DNA from: an uncultured Anaerolineales bacterium
GTDB lineage: Bacteria; Chloroflexota; Anaerolineae; Anaerolineales; RBG-16-64-43
Reading direction: 5' to 3'
Assembly (NCBI GenBank): GCA_964521085.1
Contig: CAZFPL010000001.1
Coordinates: forward strand, 35,469-99,468
Length of the DNA: 64,000 nt
The position numbers and the translations under genes were made by a program. Positions 47,543 to 57,663 of the stretch are shown in pieces (position 1 is the first letter of the stretch; each line of letters starts with the position of its first letter). The notes under the pieces are model-generated. The model ran no database searches, was not told the origin of the DNA, and saw nothing but the letters and a program-made list of their open reading frames with translations.

Positions 47543-48277
47543 TTATTTCGATCCCGCGGGCGTCAATTGCGCCAGATAATTCCCGTCTTCTTTTTGAGAA
47601 ACCACCCGGCAAGAGAACCCCGCTTTCCCGGCGTGCTCGGTAAGGGTTTCCGCATCCACGTGCAGCCAGCCGAAGAGCGGCCCGCGCAGCCCCTTGTATT
47701 CGAATTGCATCCGGATTTCTCCGAAGTAGCGGCTTGCCCGGCGGTTGGCCTCGTGATACGACAGATGCATGGGGTCATTGGTCCGCCGGACATCGAGCGA
47801 GTCAAACAGAAGCTGGCCGTTCGTTTTTATCAAAGTGCGGGCATGGCGGAGGAACCGATCCAATCCGGAAACTGTTTCCACCATCCCGATCCCGTGCAGC
47901 ATCATCAACAGGGTGTCGCAGGGGCTGCCGTTGAAGTCGTACACATTCACAAGCCGTGTGCTCACGACACCCCGCTGCTTCATGATCTCAACCGCCTGGG
48001 GCGAAATATCGATTGCCAGGACGCTTAATCCCCGTTCCTGCAGGGCCAGGCTGTGGCATCCGGTGCCCGCGCCGATGTCGAGCACGTCCCCTGCGCAAAG
48101 CTCCATCGCTTTCTGTTCGATTTCGGAGAATGCGGAGAATTTCCGGAAGAACACCGCGGCCGGCAGCGTACTCGTAAATCCATCATCGCGGTGGACGATG
48201 ATCGTCGCCTCCTTTTCGCCGTGCTGAAAATCGATCAACGCCTGTCCAAATGGATCCATCGATTTCGTATCCATCAT
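47543..48277 (-). CDS. Class I SAM-dependent methyltransferase
   Basis: VLDIGAGTG, AIDIS, MMLHGIG. Confidence 0.9.
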   Translation of the reverse strand: MMDTKSMDPFGQALIDFQHGEKEATIIVHRDDGFTSTLPAAVFFRKFSAFSEIEQKAMELCAGDVLDIGAGTGCHSLALQERGLSVLAIDISPQAVEIMKQRGVVSTRLVNVYDFNGSPCDTLLMMLHGIGMVETVSGLDRFLRHARTLIKTNGQLLFDSLDVRRTNDPMHLSYHEANRRASRYFGEIRMQFEYKGLRGPLFGWLHVDAETLTEHAGKAGFSCRVVSQKEDGNYLAQLTPAGSK

Positions 48278-48325
48278 TCTTCCTCCGGCAGAATTTCGAA
48301 TGATAAGGACCGCACGTCTGCAAGG

Positions 48326-49093
48326 TTAATCCAAATCCAACGCGGTCGCCCGGCGCGGCATTCTCCAAAGGATCAGGGCCAGGTTGATGAGTAGGACGAC
48401 GGTGAAAACCGCTTCTCCGCCCTGGATGGGAAAATTCAACAACTCTTTATCCTGCATAAGATTGAAGACGAAGTGAAATCCGATCACCCATCCCAGATTT
48501 CCGCGCCGGATCACCACCTCGCCGAACAGGAGGCCGATCAGAAAGGCGTAGAGGAAAGCGAACAAGTAGTAATCCGGATTCAGAAAATGGAGAGCGGAAA
48601 ACACCACCGCCGAAACGACCATCGCGGTCCGCACGCCAAGCGGATTCTTGAGGATCAAGAGAATGTATCCGCGGAACAGAGTCTCCTCAGTGAGGGCCAC
48701 CAGCAGCCAGTATACGAGCATGCCCAGGAGGGAAAGAAAGGATAACCCCCGGCCGATCTCCCCGGGATCGATCTCACCGGTGAGGAACACCATTCCCGCC
48801 GCGACCAACCCGATCGACAGGCCCCCCCATACCAATCCCAAGAGGAGGTCTTTCCAAAAGGCGTCATCCCTGAGGTTGAGTCCGATAAAGGCCGGGGATT
48901 TTCGAGAGATCAGCAGTTCCGAGCCGACCGCCGCGAGTATCGCCAGGTTAAATGCATATTCCCCGCCTGCCTCGATATTCAGCGCGGTAGCAAGCAGGGC
49001 GAAAAGGATCGCGTAGATGAATGTAAGAACAATGACCCGCACGATTTTCCACCCCGACCGCAATTCTTTCTGATTGGTAAACAACACATTCAT
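48326..49093 (-). CDS. CPBP (CAAX/Abi) family intramembrane metalloprotease
   Basis: EETLFRG, FSALH, GFHFVFN; multiple TM helices. Confidence 0.9.
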   Translation of the reverse strand: MNVLFTNQKELRSGWKIVRVIVLTFIYAILFALLATALNIEAGGEYAFNLAILAAVGSELLISRKSPAFIGLNLRDDAFWKDLLLGLVWGGLSIGLVAAGMVFLTGEIDPGEIGRGLSFLSLLGMLVYWLLVALTEETLFRGYILLILKNPLGVRTAMVVSAVVFSALHFLNPDYYLFAFLYAFLIGLLFGEVVIRRGNLGWVIGFHFVFNLMQDKELLNFPIQGGEAVFTVVLLINLALILWRMPRRATALDLD

Positions 49094-49237
49094 CGTTAAT
49101 ATCTCCACAAAGGGGTTTTTTCCTCCACGTCGGAAAACCGTAGTCTGTCCTTCGTCAGAGGGATGTCCGGAAATTATATCCGATGAGAACGATTTCATCG
49201 TGGGAGGGGCTTGTTTTCATCCGATGGTTGCTTTTTG

Positions 49238-50278
49238 TTAAGACATCGAAATGACTTCGTACGTCTCCCATATGAATAGCTGAAAAGCCATTCCATTCTC
49301 CCGCAGGGAACCGTCTTCATTCATCAGCGCTTTCGCTTTGGGCCCGTCGATGCTGTACCAAACCGCGTTCGACAGACCCAACTCCAGCACTTTTCCCATC
49401 AGTGCGGTCACGACAGCGGGATCGATTTCGTGCTGCCCGATTTCGTTGGTGATGACGGGCAGCCGGATCTGATCCTGCAGGAAGTCCACCGTTTCTTCCA
49501 AGGCTTTGGGGTCTTCGATATACCAATGGAAATTAATATAGTCCGCGCCGGAAGCGGGGATGACTGCCAGAAGAGCTTTTCCCCTTTCGATTTGTTCGCG
49601 GGCCGCCTGAGAATCCAGCCGGTTTTGTTCGTCGGGAGAAAAAACCCGCTGCGAAAACTCCTCCGCGCTGGAGTCCGCTCCGATTTCGAGGTAATGGTCA
49701 TAGCCCAGCGATGCCGCCAGCAGGCTGACCATGCCCCCGTCGGTGCACGGAATGCCGCGGGAATGCGCTGCGTCGCAGGCTGTTTTCAATTCCTCTCCAT
49801 ATTCCGCGGGGCTGCCCTGGTAGAACAAGTCGGAGTTCTCTTCATTTTCCACGACCAGCAGGGAGGGGCGGCACCGGTCCAGAATGGATCCGACCGTCTC
49901 GGCAAAACGGGATAAATCCTGCGGAGGCGTGGATGCCTGCCCGCCGCTGCCTTTGTTCCGCACGGTCAGGATGACCTTTAAGCCGGCCCGTTGGGCGGCG
50001 TCGCATTCTTCGCTGGCACCCGCCCAACTCTCGACGAAAATGGCATTTGGGCGGAAGGAGGCCGCTCCCAGCTGCCGGACGAGTTCCAGGCGTTTCTCGA
50101 TCGTCATCTTCGGCGCTCCGATCATCAGCCCGAAGGGATTATCCCGGATTTCCGAAGGCGATGCGGGACTGGATGCAGGAGCGGACGGCGTCGCGGGTGG
50201 AGAATTCCGGAGGAAATCCAACGGTTTGCATCCTATGAGTAAAAGGAGGAAGAGGATGGCAATTCTGTGAAAGCGCAC
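49238..50278 (-). CDS. Putative clan GH-A glycoside hydrolase lipoprotein
   Basis: GTG start, lipobox LIGC; ENEEN acid/base-like and ITNEIG nucleophile-like motifs, NFHWY. Confidence 0.65.
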   Translation of the reverse strand: MRFHRIAILFLLLLIGCKPLDFLRNSPPATPSAPASSPASPSEIRDNPFGLMIGAPKMTIEKRLELVRQLGAASFRPNAIFVESWAGASEECDAAQRAGLKVILTVRNKGSGGQASTPPQDLSRFAETVGSILDRCRPSLLVVENEENSDLFYQGSPAEYGEELKTACDAAHSRGIPCTDGGMVSLLAASLGYDHYLEIGADSSAEEFSQRVFSPDEQNRLDSQAAREQIERGKALLAVIPASGADYINFHWYIEDPKALEETVDFLQDQIRLPVITNEIGQHEIDPAVVTALMGKVLELGLSNAVWYSIDGPKAKALMNEDGSLRENGMAFQLFIWETYEVISMS

Positions 50279-50366
50279 GTTTTCTAATCCCTGCCGTCGC
50301 CCGCGGATGGACGCCGGGCTTTCCAGTGAATCCCCGGAAAGAATCCCGGTAAAAATCACCTGCCCA

Positions 50367-51116
50367 TTATTGTGCGGCCGGCGAATATCCTGCAGCGTCG
50401 GGGGTGGCTCCGATGTTTCGATCGTCATCGGTCATGCCGGAAATTCCCAAAAACCAATACCCATCGTGCAGAACATGCTCGCGAAAGTGCATTTCAATCG
50501 GGGAAGGGAAGATCGGACCGTCGGTCACTAAGGTGTGATATTCGCCGGACTCGCCGGAAGGATCGACCCCGAGTTTCTCCAACTCCGAGACGGCGTTCTC
50601 ATCGATCATTCTCCCCAGCCATTCCGATCCCAAGGTATCGGCCTTGGTTACGACGATGGTCGCCTTGAAACCAAGCCGGATGAATTCCTCTAGCAATTTC
50701 CGGCGCGGGTGTTTCCACAGCGGATGGCGGGCGCGCATGCCGCGTGCGCCGCATACGCGCCGGCACCAATCGCGGTGATCTTCTATGTCGATGTCTCCAA
50801 ACACGCCGGTTTCGATACCGTCTGTTTGGAATTCGCCAAGCATCTCCGAAAACACCGTTTCATAGGCCTCCCACGACGCAGATCGAAAATCGATCGGAAT
50901 CCCGATTTGCCGAGCCTGTTCCTCAAGCAGGTATCGGGGCAGCCCGTGAGAGCGCGACGCGCGGCCATCCTCTCTCATCATGGTAAACAACCGCTTGGGA
51001 GAGCCGCCCTCCCGGATCGCCCGGTGCAGGGCCAGGCACGAATCCTTCCCTCCGCTCCACGAGCAGAAGAAAGGATGCCCTGCGACGGATTCGTTATTCG
51101 GTTCGGACATTTTCAC
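50367..51116 (-). CDS. Diphthamide synthase-like (DUF71/ANH) PP-loop ATPase
   Basis: SWSGGKDS, RSHG, FGDID, DPSGESGEYHTLVTDGPIF. Confidence 0.88.
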   Translation of the reverse strand: MKMSEPNNESVAGHPFFCSWSGGKDSCLALHRAIREGGSPKRLFTMMREDGRASRSHGLPRYLLEEQARQIGIPIDFRSASWEAYETVFSEMLGEFQTDGIETGVFGDIDIEDHRDWCRRVCGARGMRARHPLWKHPRRKLLEEFIRLGFKATIVVTKADTLGSEWLGRMIDENAVSELEKLGVDPSGESGEYHTLVTDGPIFPSPIEMHFREHVLHDGYWFLGISGMTDDDRNIGATPDAAGYSPAAQ

Positions 51117-51202
51117 CTGGATGGTCGGATGTGCACCCTCGCGCCTTCGGCCTATTTATCCGGCCGTGGCGTGCACAGGGCGGCTCACCGCATTCCATCG
51201 AT

Positions 51203-52405
51203 CTATCTCGCCTCCTCGAACCGGAAGCGCAAGACGGCCAGAACGTAGGCTCCCAGCGCGTAGAGTCCCAGGATTCCTGCGGGAACAAGAATGGTTTTCC
51301 AATCCGCGCCGCGCAGGATGATATCCTGAAATCCTTGGATTGCCCATGCGCTGGGCGTCGCATGGCCGATTGCGGCGTAGGTCTTGCCGGCCAGGTCGAG
51401 GGAGATAAACGCCCCGCCCAGAAATATGAACACCAGCGTGCCGGCCATCACGAGAAGGACCACCTGGTTTTCATCCCTGGCCAGGGCGCCGATGAGTAAA
51501 CCGAAACCGGCCGACCACAGGGCGAGTGCGCCCGCCATGAGCAGCACCGCCGCCGGATCATGCCAGTAGTCCAGGCCGGCGGCGAGTTGGCCGAAGATGG
51601 TTAAAAGAATCAGCTGTAGGAAGCACATCACAAACATCGCCAGGGTGTGTCCGGCGATAATCTCGGCTCGGCGGATGTCTGTCGTCAGCATGCGGGCCAG
51701 CGTCCGCGAGCGGCGCTCGGCCAGCAGGAGGTAGCCGGGCGTGATCATCCCGATGGTGACGAAGATGACCATCATGCCTGGTGAGGCCTGCGCGAAACCG
51801 TCCGGCTCGCCGGCGGCGAGCCCGGAGGACTCCAAGGAAACCTTGACGCGCGGATCCCCCCACGCGCGGACCGCATCCGCAAGCGACTGGAGCAGGTATT
51901 CCTGCCGCGCCGCATCACTTTCGAAACGGCCGTGCACTTCGGCGCTCAACCGCGCAGCCTGCACCGCCCCGAGCAGCCGCGTCGCCGCAAGCTGGATCGC
52001 CCGGTCCGCCGCCTGCCCGGCGGGCGTACCGCGGTCGATGATCAGGGTCATTTGGGGCGATCCTCCCCCCAAAGTCGATTCGCTGAATCCGTCCGGGATG
52101 ACGATCGCTGCGGCCGCTTTTTGCGAACGGACCAGTTTGTCAAGCGCCGCCGTGTCCTTTTGCCCCGGGTCTGTCGGATGAATTGTCTCCGAATAATCGA
52201 GGAGCGTTTTGAAATACGCGCCGAGGACGCCGTCATCCTCCACGACTACGGCGACCGGCAGGCGCGGATCGTCCCCGCCGTTCTGATCGAAGATGACGCC
52301 CATCAATCCGGTGAAGAGCACGGGCATGATGAGAAGGAACAATGCGGATTTCTTCTGCCGCAATATTTGAGAAAGATCCTTCATCGCTATGTGAAAGATA
52401 CGCAT
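51203..52405 (-). CDS. ABC-2 type exporter permease
   Basis: N-terminal TM, large extracytoplasmic loop, five C-terminal TM helices, ERRSRTLARM. Confidence 0.9.
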   Translation of the reverse strand: MRIFHIAMKDLSQILRQKKSALFLLIMPVLFTGLMGVIFDQNGGDDPRLPVAVVVEDDGVLGAYFKTLLDYSETIHPTDPGQKDTAALDKLVRSQKAAAAIVIPDGFSESTLGGGSPQMTLIIDRGTPAGQAADRAIQLAATRLLGAVQAARLSAEVHGRFESDAARQEYLLQSLADAVRAWGDPRVKVSLESSGLAAGEPDGFAQASPGMMVIFVTIGMITPGYLLLAERRSRTLARMLTTDIRRAEIIAGHTLAMFVMCFLQLILLTIFGQLAAGLDYWHDPAAVLLMAGALALWSAGFGLLIGALARDENQVVLLVMAGTLVFIFLGGAFISLDLAGKTYAAIGHATPSAWAIQGFQDIILRGADWKTILVPAGILGLYALGAYVLAVLRFRFEEAR

Positions 52406-52430
52406 GGTGTTTGCCTTTCAAAAAAAGGAT

Positions 52431-53696
52431 TTAGGCGAATTTTGTGTTCATTTTTCTGAGGCCGATCAGCAGGAAGATCAAACCCATTCCTGTTGCCACG
52501 GCGGCTGGAACGACCGCTTCCCCCAAGCTGCCGGCGTGCATGGCTGCCGTAAATCCGCGCACGATCCAACCCTGGGGCGTGAACAGGTTGATCGTTTTAA
52601 AAAGCGCGGGCACATTGGCAAACGAGGTGGTCATCGTCCCGCCGGCCATTCCGGTGAGGATCACCGCGCCGCCCATGACCAGGAATGCCTGGCGGGTGGA
52701 ATGCATGAAGGCAATCAACATCACCCCGAAACCGCCGGCGGAGACAACCAACCCCAGCCCGTTGAGGATGACCGGCATGGGGTCGCCCCAATCAATCCCG
52801 AACAGAAGCTTCCCGATCCCGATCAACAGGACGGTCTGAAGGCTCAAGAGGAGCGCGACGGCGGCGAATTTACCGGTTAGGATAGCGGATTTTGTTGCGG
52901 GAGTCCGGAATAAGCGTGCCAGGGTGCCCTGCTCCTGTTCGCGAAGTATCGACTGAGCCGAAATGGCTCCGACAAAGAAGGCGAAGAAGACCAGCATGCC
53001 GAGCATGACAGGACCGATCTGTGCCTTCATGACGGATTCGGACTTTTCCGCTTTTGCCGAGGTCTCGTAGTGAAGGGCTGGATGGACATCCCGCTGGAGG
53101 CTCTCCCCGATCGATTGCGCCCACTCCCCATACCGTTGCATGACGATCTGGCGCGCAGCGGGGTCGAACGGTGCGCCCAGTTCCGCGGCACCCGCCCCGG
53201 CCGTGTCGGCGGCGATGAGTGCGCCGGCGAATCCGTCGAGGAAATTGGTCACGATGTCGCGGACGACGGCGGGGCCGAGCGTGAGTGCCGGATCATGATA
53301 GATTTCAATATCGGCCCGCTCCTCCTCGTGGAAAAGGGCCGCGGTGAAACCGGGCGGGATGATCACGGCGACGTCTGTTTGGCGATTGTCCACGGCGGCG
53401 CGCGCGGCGGCTTCGGATTTTTCCTCGGTGACTTCGACCAGATCCCCCAATCCCTCAGCATGAAACATGTCTACGAGCAAATCCCCGGCCAGGAAATCGG
53501 GATATTCCTTCACGGGGCGGTCGAGGTTTACGATCCGCACACGCGTTGCCTGCACGTCGAATCCCTGCGAAAGGTTGCTGAACGCCAGGTAGGGCAGGCC
53601 GGCTTCCAAAAGCGGCAGGATCAGCATAAAGGCCAGCACGATGGGACTGCGCAGCGAACGTGCCAGGTCTTTGAGGGTGATGGATGCGATGCTCAT
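52431..53696 (-). CDS. ABC-2 type exporter permease
   Basis: Same topology; EQEQGTLARL, FTPQGW. Confidence 0.9.
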   Translation of the reverse strand: MSIASITLKDLARSLRSPIVLAFMLILPLLEAGLPYLAFSNLSQGFDVQATRVRIVNLDRPVKEYPDFLAGDLLVDMFHAEGLGDLVEVTEEKSEAAARAAVDNRQTDVAVIIPPGFTAALFHEEERADIEIYHDPALTLGPAVVRDIVTNFLDGFAGALIAADTAGAGAAELGAPFDPAARQIVMQRYGEWAQSIGESLQRDVHPALHYETSAKAEKSESVMKAQIGPVMLGMLVFFAFFVGAISAQSILREQEQGTLARLFRTPATKSAILTGKFAAVALLLSLQTVLLIGIGKLLFGIDWGDPMPVILNGLGLVVSAGGFGVMLIAFMHSTRQAFLVMGGAVILTGMAGGTMTTSFANVPALFKTINLFTPQGWIVRGFTAAMHAGSLGEAVVPAAVATGMGLIFLLIGLRKMNTKFA

Positions 53697-53705
53697 GATT
53701 TTCTC

Positions 53706-54650
53706 CTAATCCCGCAGCGCTTTGCCGGTCAAATGAAGGAAGACCGCTTCCAGATCCGGTTCCTGGACGTCCATGCCGGTGATGTGCGTCTCCTCCCGGG
53801 CGGCGGATTCGAACAGGGTGGGCAGGACGCGCGTGCTGTCCTTCACCAGCAGACGGACGCTTCCATTCTCTTCACTCACCGAATGCACTCCGGCCAGCAT
53901 GCGCCACATCCCGAGCAGGCCGGCCGGTTTGCGGCTGAGGGTCAGCGAGATGCGATGCAGCCCGCCGACAATCCGGATCAGTTCGCCGTGCGTGCCTTGG
54001 GCGATGAGTTTGCCGTGATCCATGATCGCGATGCGGTGCGATAGTTCCTGCGCTTCTTCCATGTAGTGGGTGGTGTAGAGCACGGTGACGCCGCGGGCGT
54101 TGAGTTCTTTGATCCCGTCGAGGATGCGCCGCCGGCTTTGCGGATCGATGCCGACGGTCGGCTCGTCGAGGATGACGATTTTCGGCTCGTGGAGCAGGGC
54201 GATGCCGATGTTGAGCCGCCGCTGCATGCCCCCGGAATATTTCCCGGCGCGTTCGTTCCGACGGTCGGTCAAGCCCGTCAGGTCGAGGACTTCATCGACG
54301 CGGCGTTTAAGCCGGCTTCCGCGCAGGCCGTACATGCGGCCCCAGAAGACCAGGTTTTGCTGCGCGCTCAGGTCGTCGTAGATTGCGATCTCCTGCGGGA
54401 CGACGCCGAGATTCCGCTTGACGGATTGCGGCGCGCGGAGGATCGAGTGGCCCATCAGCAGGGCGTCGCCCGCGCTCGGCGGAAGAAGGCAGGAAAGCAT
54501 GGAGATGGTTGTGCTTTTCCCGGCGCCGTTGGGGCCGAGCAGGCTGAAGATTTCGCCTTCCCGGACGGTGAAATCGAGGTTTTGCACGGCGGTGAAACCG
54601 CCATAGGTTTTTCGCAATCCTTGCACTTGGATGGCATACGAGTCGGTCAT
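53706..54650 (-). CDS. ABC exporter ATP-binding protein
   Basis: GPNGAGKS, YSGGMQRR, LDEPTVG, THYMEE. Confidence 0.95.
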   Translation of the reverse strand: MTDSYAIQVQGLRKTYGGFTAVQNLDFTVREGEIFSLLGPNGAGKSTTISMLSCLLPPSAGDALLMGHSILRAPQSVKRNLGVVPQEIAIYDDLSAQQNLVFWGRMYGLRGSRLKRRVDEVLDLTGLTDRRNERAGKYSGGMQRRLNIGIALLHEPKIVILDEPTVGIDPQSRRRILDGIKELNARGVTVLYTTHYMEEAQELSHRIAIMDHGKLIAQGTHGELIRIVGGLHRISLTLSRKPAGLLGMWRMLAGVHSVSEENGSVRLLVKDSTRVLPTLFESAAREETHITGMDVQEPDLEAVFLHLTGKALRD

Positions 54651-54704
54651 GGGCGGTCCTTTCTGTGTTGCGCCCATGGTAGCGGTTGGGAGGGTGATTT
54701 GTGT

Positions 54705-54720
54705 TCACCCGATCGGGTGA
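54705..54720. promoter_or_regulatory. Perfect 16-bp palindrome, candidate LuxR-type operator
   Basis: TCACCCGATCGGGTGA, 55 bp upstream of the ABC operon start. Confidence 0.5.
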
Positions 54721-54770
54721 TCGGGGAGGGTGGTTCTGTAACCATGGATTACATGGTTGTCCCTAGTGAA

Positions 54771-54868
54771 AAAATCTTTCTCGCCTCAAAGAATCTCAAA
54801 GATTCCTTCGCGTTCTTTGCGCCCCCCGGCCCGACCACCGAGGGCGGGCTTTGCGGTAAAAAGGTTTT
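54771..54868. repeat. Empty nonamer inverted-repeat element (left arm degenerate)
   Basis: CTCAAAGAATCTCAAAG ... CTTTGCGCCCCCCGGCCCGACCACCGAGGGCGGGCTTTGCGGTAAAAAGGTTTT. Confidence 0.8.
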
Positions 54869-54925
54869 ATAGGGGCTCGGATATGGAATTAATCGTTGGA
54901 AGGAAACAGGCGGAGGACACTGAAC

Positions 54926-57553
54926 TCACAAAAGGTTCAATTCCTGCGCACGCAAGAGCGCCTGGCTGCGGTTGTGGACTCCCAGTTTGGTGAAGATGCT
55001 CTTAACGTGCGCCTTCACCGTGTTGAGAGAAACATAAAGGCTTTCGGCGATTTCGGGATTGGAACGGCCTGCCGCCAGCAGGCGCAGCACTTCCAGCTCG
55101 CGTTCGCTGAGTGGTTCTACCAGCTGAGATTGACCGGTGGGAGCAGGTCGGGCGATGCGTTCGGCCAGGCCGGATTTCGGCGCCAGCCTGCGGATCAGCG
55201 CCGCCGCAGGCTCTCCCTCGTCAAGGTATATCCGCGTATAACCTTCCGGCTCGGACAATGAAATGGCACGCTCCAACTGTTCCTTCGCGCGCGGATCATC
55301 CGGACGCTGCACCGCAAAATTGACCGCTCGCAGCAGGCTGGATTCAATCTCCGAGGTGCGGCTGCCGCTGCCGGCCGCTTTCTGCTGGATCCGTTCCAGT
55401 AAGCTGTCAGCCTGATCGAATTCTCCCTCCGCGGTCAACACGCGTGCCAGGGTAAGCAGGCCGGCCTCGCGGTAGAAGACCGGGGTCTCATCCTTGGAGT
55501 ACCCGCTCTCGCGCGCCCAGCGGGCGGCCGCTTCCGGATTTCCGGAGGCCAGCCAAATCCGCGCCTGCTGCAGCATCACGGAATCCAACGACCAAGCTGA
55601 AATCTCGCTGGCCACGCGGCGGGCTTTCTCAAGGATCGCGCCGGCGGCATTGAACTCGCCCCGCCCGCGCTGGATGCGCGCCAGCACGATGTAGGCGGTC
55701 ATCAGGAGATCGGCTTGGCCGAGCAGTTCGCACATTTCGACGCCCTTGACCGCATATTCCAGGGCTTCGTCCAGGCGGTCCCATTCGCGCAGGATATCCG
55801 CCAGGTGGGCGTAGGCATAGCCCGGCGCGAGCATGACGGATGAATCGGTCAGGCATAGGCCGTCTTCGTAGATCTGATAGGCGTCGCGCAGACGCCCCCG
55901 CGCGGCGGAAATCTGTGCCAGCCCCACGCTGCCGAGCATGGCATTGAATTGGTTTCCGCCTGCCAGGCTGAGTGATTTGGCCCGTTCAAACGAACCAATG
56001 GCTGATGAAAAATCGCCGGCATACCCGAAGGCAGCTCCCTGAATCATTGCCGTCGTGGCGCTGATGACAAAATCCTCCGGCGTCAGCCGCCCCAGGGCGT
56101 CGCCGGCATGGCCGATGGCTTCCGGAATAGCTCCTTGTAGGAAACCCACTTGCGCGCGGATGGCGGCGGCATACCCTCGGATTCGGTCTGCTTCGGCCGC
56201 GGGAGTCTTGCCTGCCTGGAGCGCCGCCTCCGCCTCCTGCAGGCGGGATTCGATCTTGCCGGCCTCCCCGGTCAGAATGAGCAGCCAAGCATCGAGCACG
56301 CACAACCAGGGGTGATTTCGGATTGTTTCGTCCGGGAGGGCGCGCAGCCATTTAATAAGTGTTCCGAGTTCGCTGCGGGCCAACATGTCGAAGAAGTTCC
56401 GATCAACTATCTGCGCCGCGCGTTCAAACTCCTTCGCAGCCAGGGCATGGTGGATCGCCCCGGCAGGATCATTGTTTTGTTCGAACCAGTCCGCCGCGCG
56501 GCGGTGCAAATCGGGTGGCGCAGCGGGTGATTTCTCGCGCAGTTGCCGTACTAGCAGATCCGAAAAAAGAGGGTGATAGCGGTACCAGCGCCGATCCTGA
56601 TCCAGCGGGAGCAGGAAGAGGTTGGCCGACTCAAGCCGCTCGAGCATCGTTCGCCCGTCTTGCCGGCCGGTCAGGGAGTCGCACAATGGAGCGCACAGCC
56701 GCTCGAGGATGCATGTGTTCAGCAAAAAGGAGCGAATTTCCTCCCTCTCGCGCTGCAGCACTTCTTCCAACAGATAATCCAAGACAAAGCGGTTGCTTCC
56801 GGTGAAGGCCTGGATAAAACCGGAGAGATCCGGATTGCCCTGCATCGAAAGCGCGGCCATCTGCAATCCGGCGATCCAGCCCTCGGTGCGTTCCTCGAGC
56901 GCGGCGATGTCGGCCGCGGAAAGCGGGAGTTTCATCGACCGGGTCAGGAACTCGGCCGCTTCCTCGGGCGTGAAACGCAGATCCGAAAGGCGGATCTCGG
57001 CCAATTGCCGGCGCGCGCGCAAGCGGGCCAGGGGCAGGTCCTCGGGGTCGGTGCGGGTGCCGATCACGATTTTCAGCTCTTCGGGCATGTGCTCGATGAA
57101 GAATCCCAATCCTTCATGGATCGGAGCGGCGGTCACCAAGTGCAGGTCATCGAGCGCAAGCAGGCAGGGAGAGTCGGAAGGCGCAGCGGAAAGCTCATTA
57201 ATCAGGATTGTGAGAATCGCTTGCGGCGGGATGGGACGCGAGGCGGTCAACATCGGCACGATATCCCGGCCTGCCGTCGGCCACAGCTTCTGGAGCGCGG
57301 CGGTGAAATACGACCAGAAGCGCACCGGGTCGTTGTCTCCCTCGTCGAGTTCCAGCCAGGCCGCGGGTCGTCCGGAGTCGCCGAGCAACCAGTGCGCCAT
57401 TAATGTCGTTTTCCCGAATCCTGCGGGAGCCGAAAGCAGGATCACCCGGCCTTCCACGCCGGCCTCAAGCTTTTCCAGAAGCCGCGGGCGGAGGACCGTC
57501 CCGCTTCGAATCGGGGGAATGACCAATTTTGTGGCTACGAGAGGAAGTTGCAT
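54926..57553 (-). CDS. MalT-like STAND ATPase/TPR/LuxR transcriptional regulator
   Basis: APAGFGKTT, LDDLH, TEGWIAGL, YRYHPLF, C-terminal LSERELEVL..SNPEIA..TVKAH. Confidence 0.93.
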   Translation of the reverse strand: MQLPLVATKLVIPPIRSGTVLRPRLLEKLEAGVEGRVILLSAPAGFGKTTLMAHWLLGDSGRPAAWLELDEGDNDPVRFWSYFTAALQKLWPTAGRDIVPMLTASRPIPPQAILTILINELSAAPSDSPCLLALDDLHLVTAAPIHEGLGFFIEHMPEELKIVIGTRTDPEDLPLARLRARRQLAEIRLSDLRFTPEEAAEFLTRSMKLPLSAADIAALEERTEGWIAGLQMAALSMQGNPDLSGFIQAFTGSNRFVLDYLLEEVLQREREEIRSFLLNTCILERLCAPLCDSLTGRQDGRTMLERLESANLFLLPLDQDRRWYRYHPLFSDLLVRQLREKSPAAPPDLHRRAADWFEQNNDPAGAIHHALAAKEFERAAQIVDRNFFDMLARSELGTLIKWLRALPDETIRNHPWLCVLDAWLLILTGEAGKIESRLQEAEAALQAGKTPAAEADRIRGYAAAIRAQVGFLQGAIPEAIGHAGDALGRLTPEDFVISATTAMIQGAAFGYAGDFSSAIGSFERAKSLSLAGGNQFNAMLGSVGLAQISAARGRLRDAYQIYEDGLCLTDSSVMLAPGYAYAHLADILREWDRLDEALEYAVKGVEMCELLGQADLLMTAYIVLARIQRGRGEFNAAGAILEKARRVASEISAWSLDSVMLQQARIWLASGNPEAAARWARESGYSKDETPVFYREAGLLTLARVLTAEGEFDQADSLLERIQQKAAGSGSRTSEIESSLLRAVNFAVQRPDDPRAKEQLERAISLSEPEGYTRIYLDEGEPAAALIRRLAPKSGLAERIARPAPTGQSQLVEPLSERELEVLRLLAAGRSNPEIAESLYVSLNTVKAHVKSIFTKLGVHNRSQALLRAQELNLL

Positions 57554-57663
57554 ATCAGGATTTTAACATCAGCGGGGAAGAATCGGAAAGCGGCTGCATG
57601 ATCTTCTTGCACTCTGCGGCCATCTCCTTTCCCGGCGGCATTCCGGATAACCGGATCACCATG

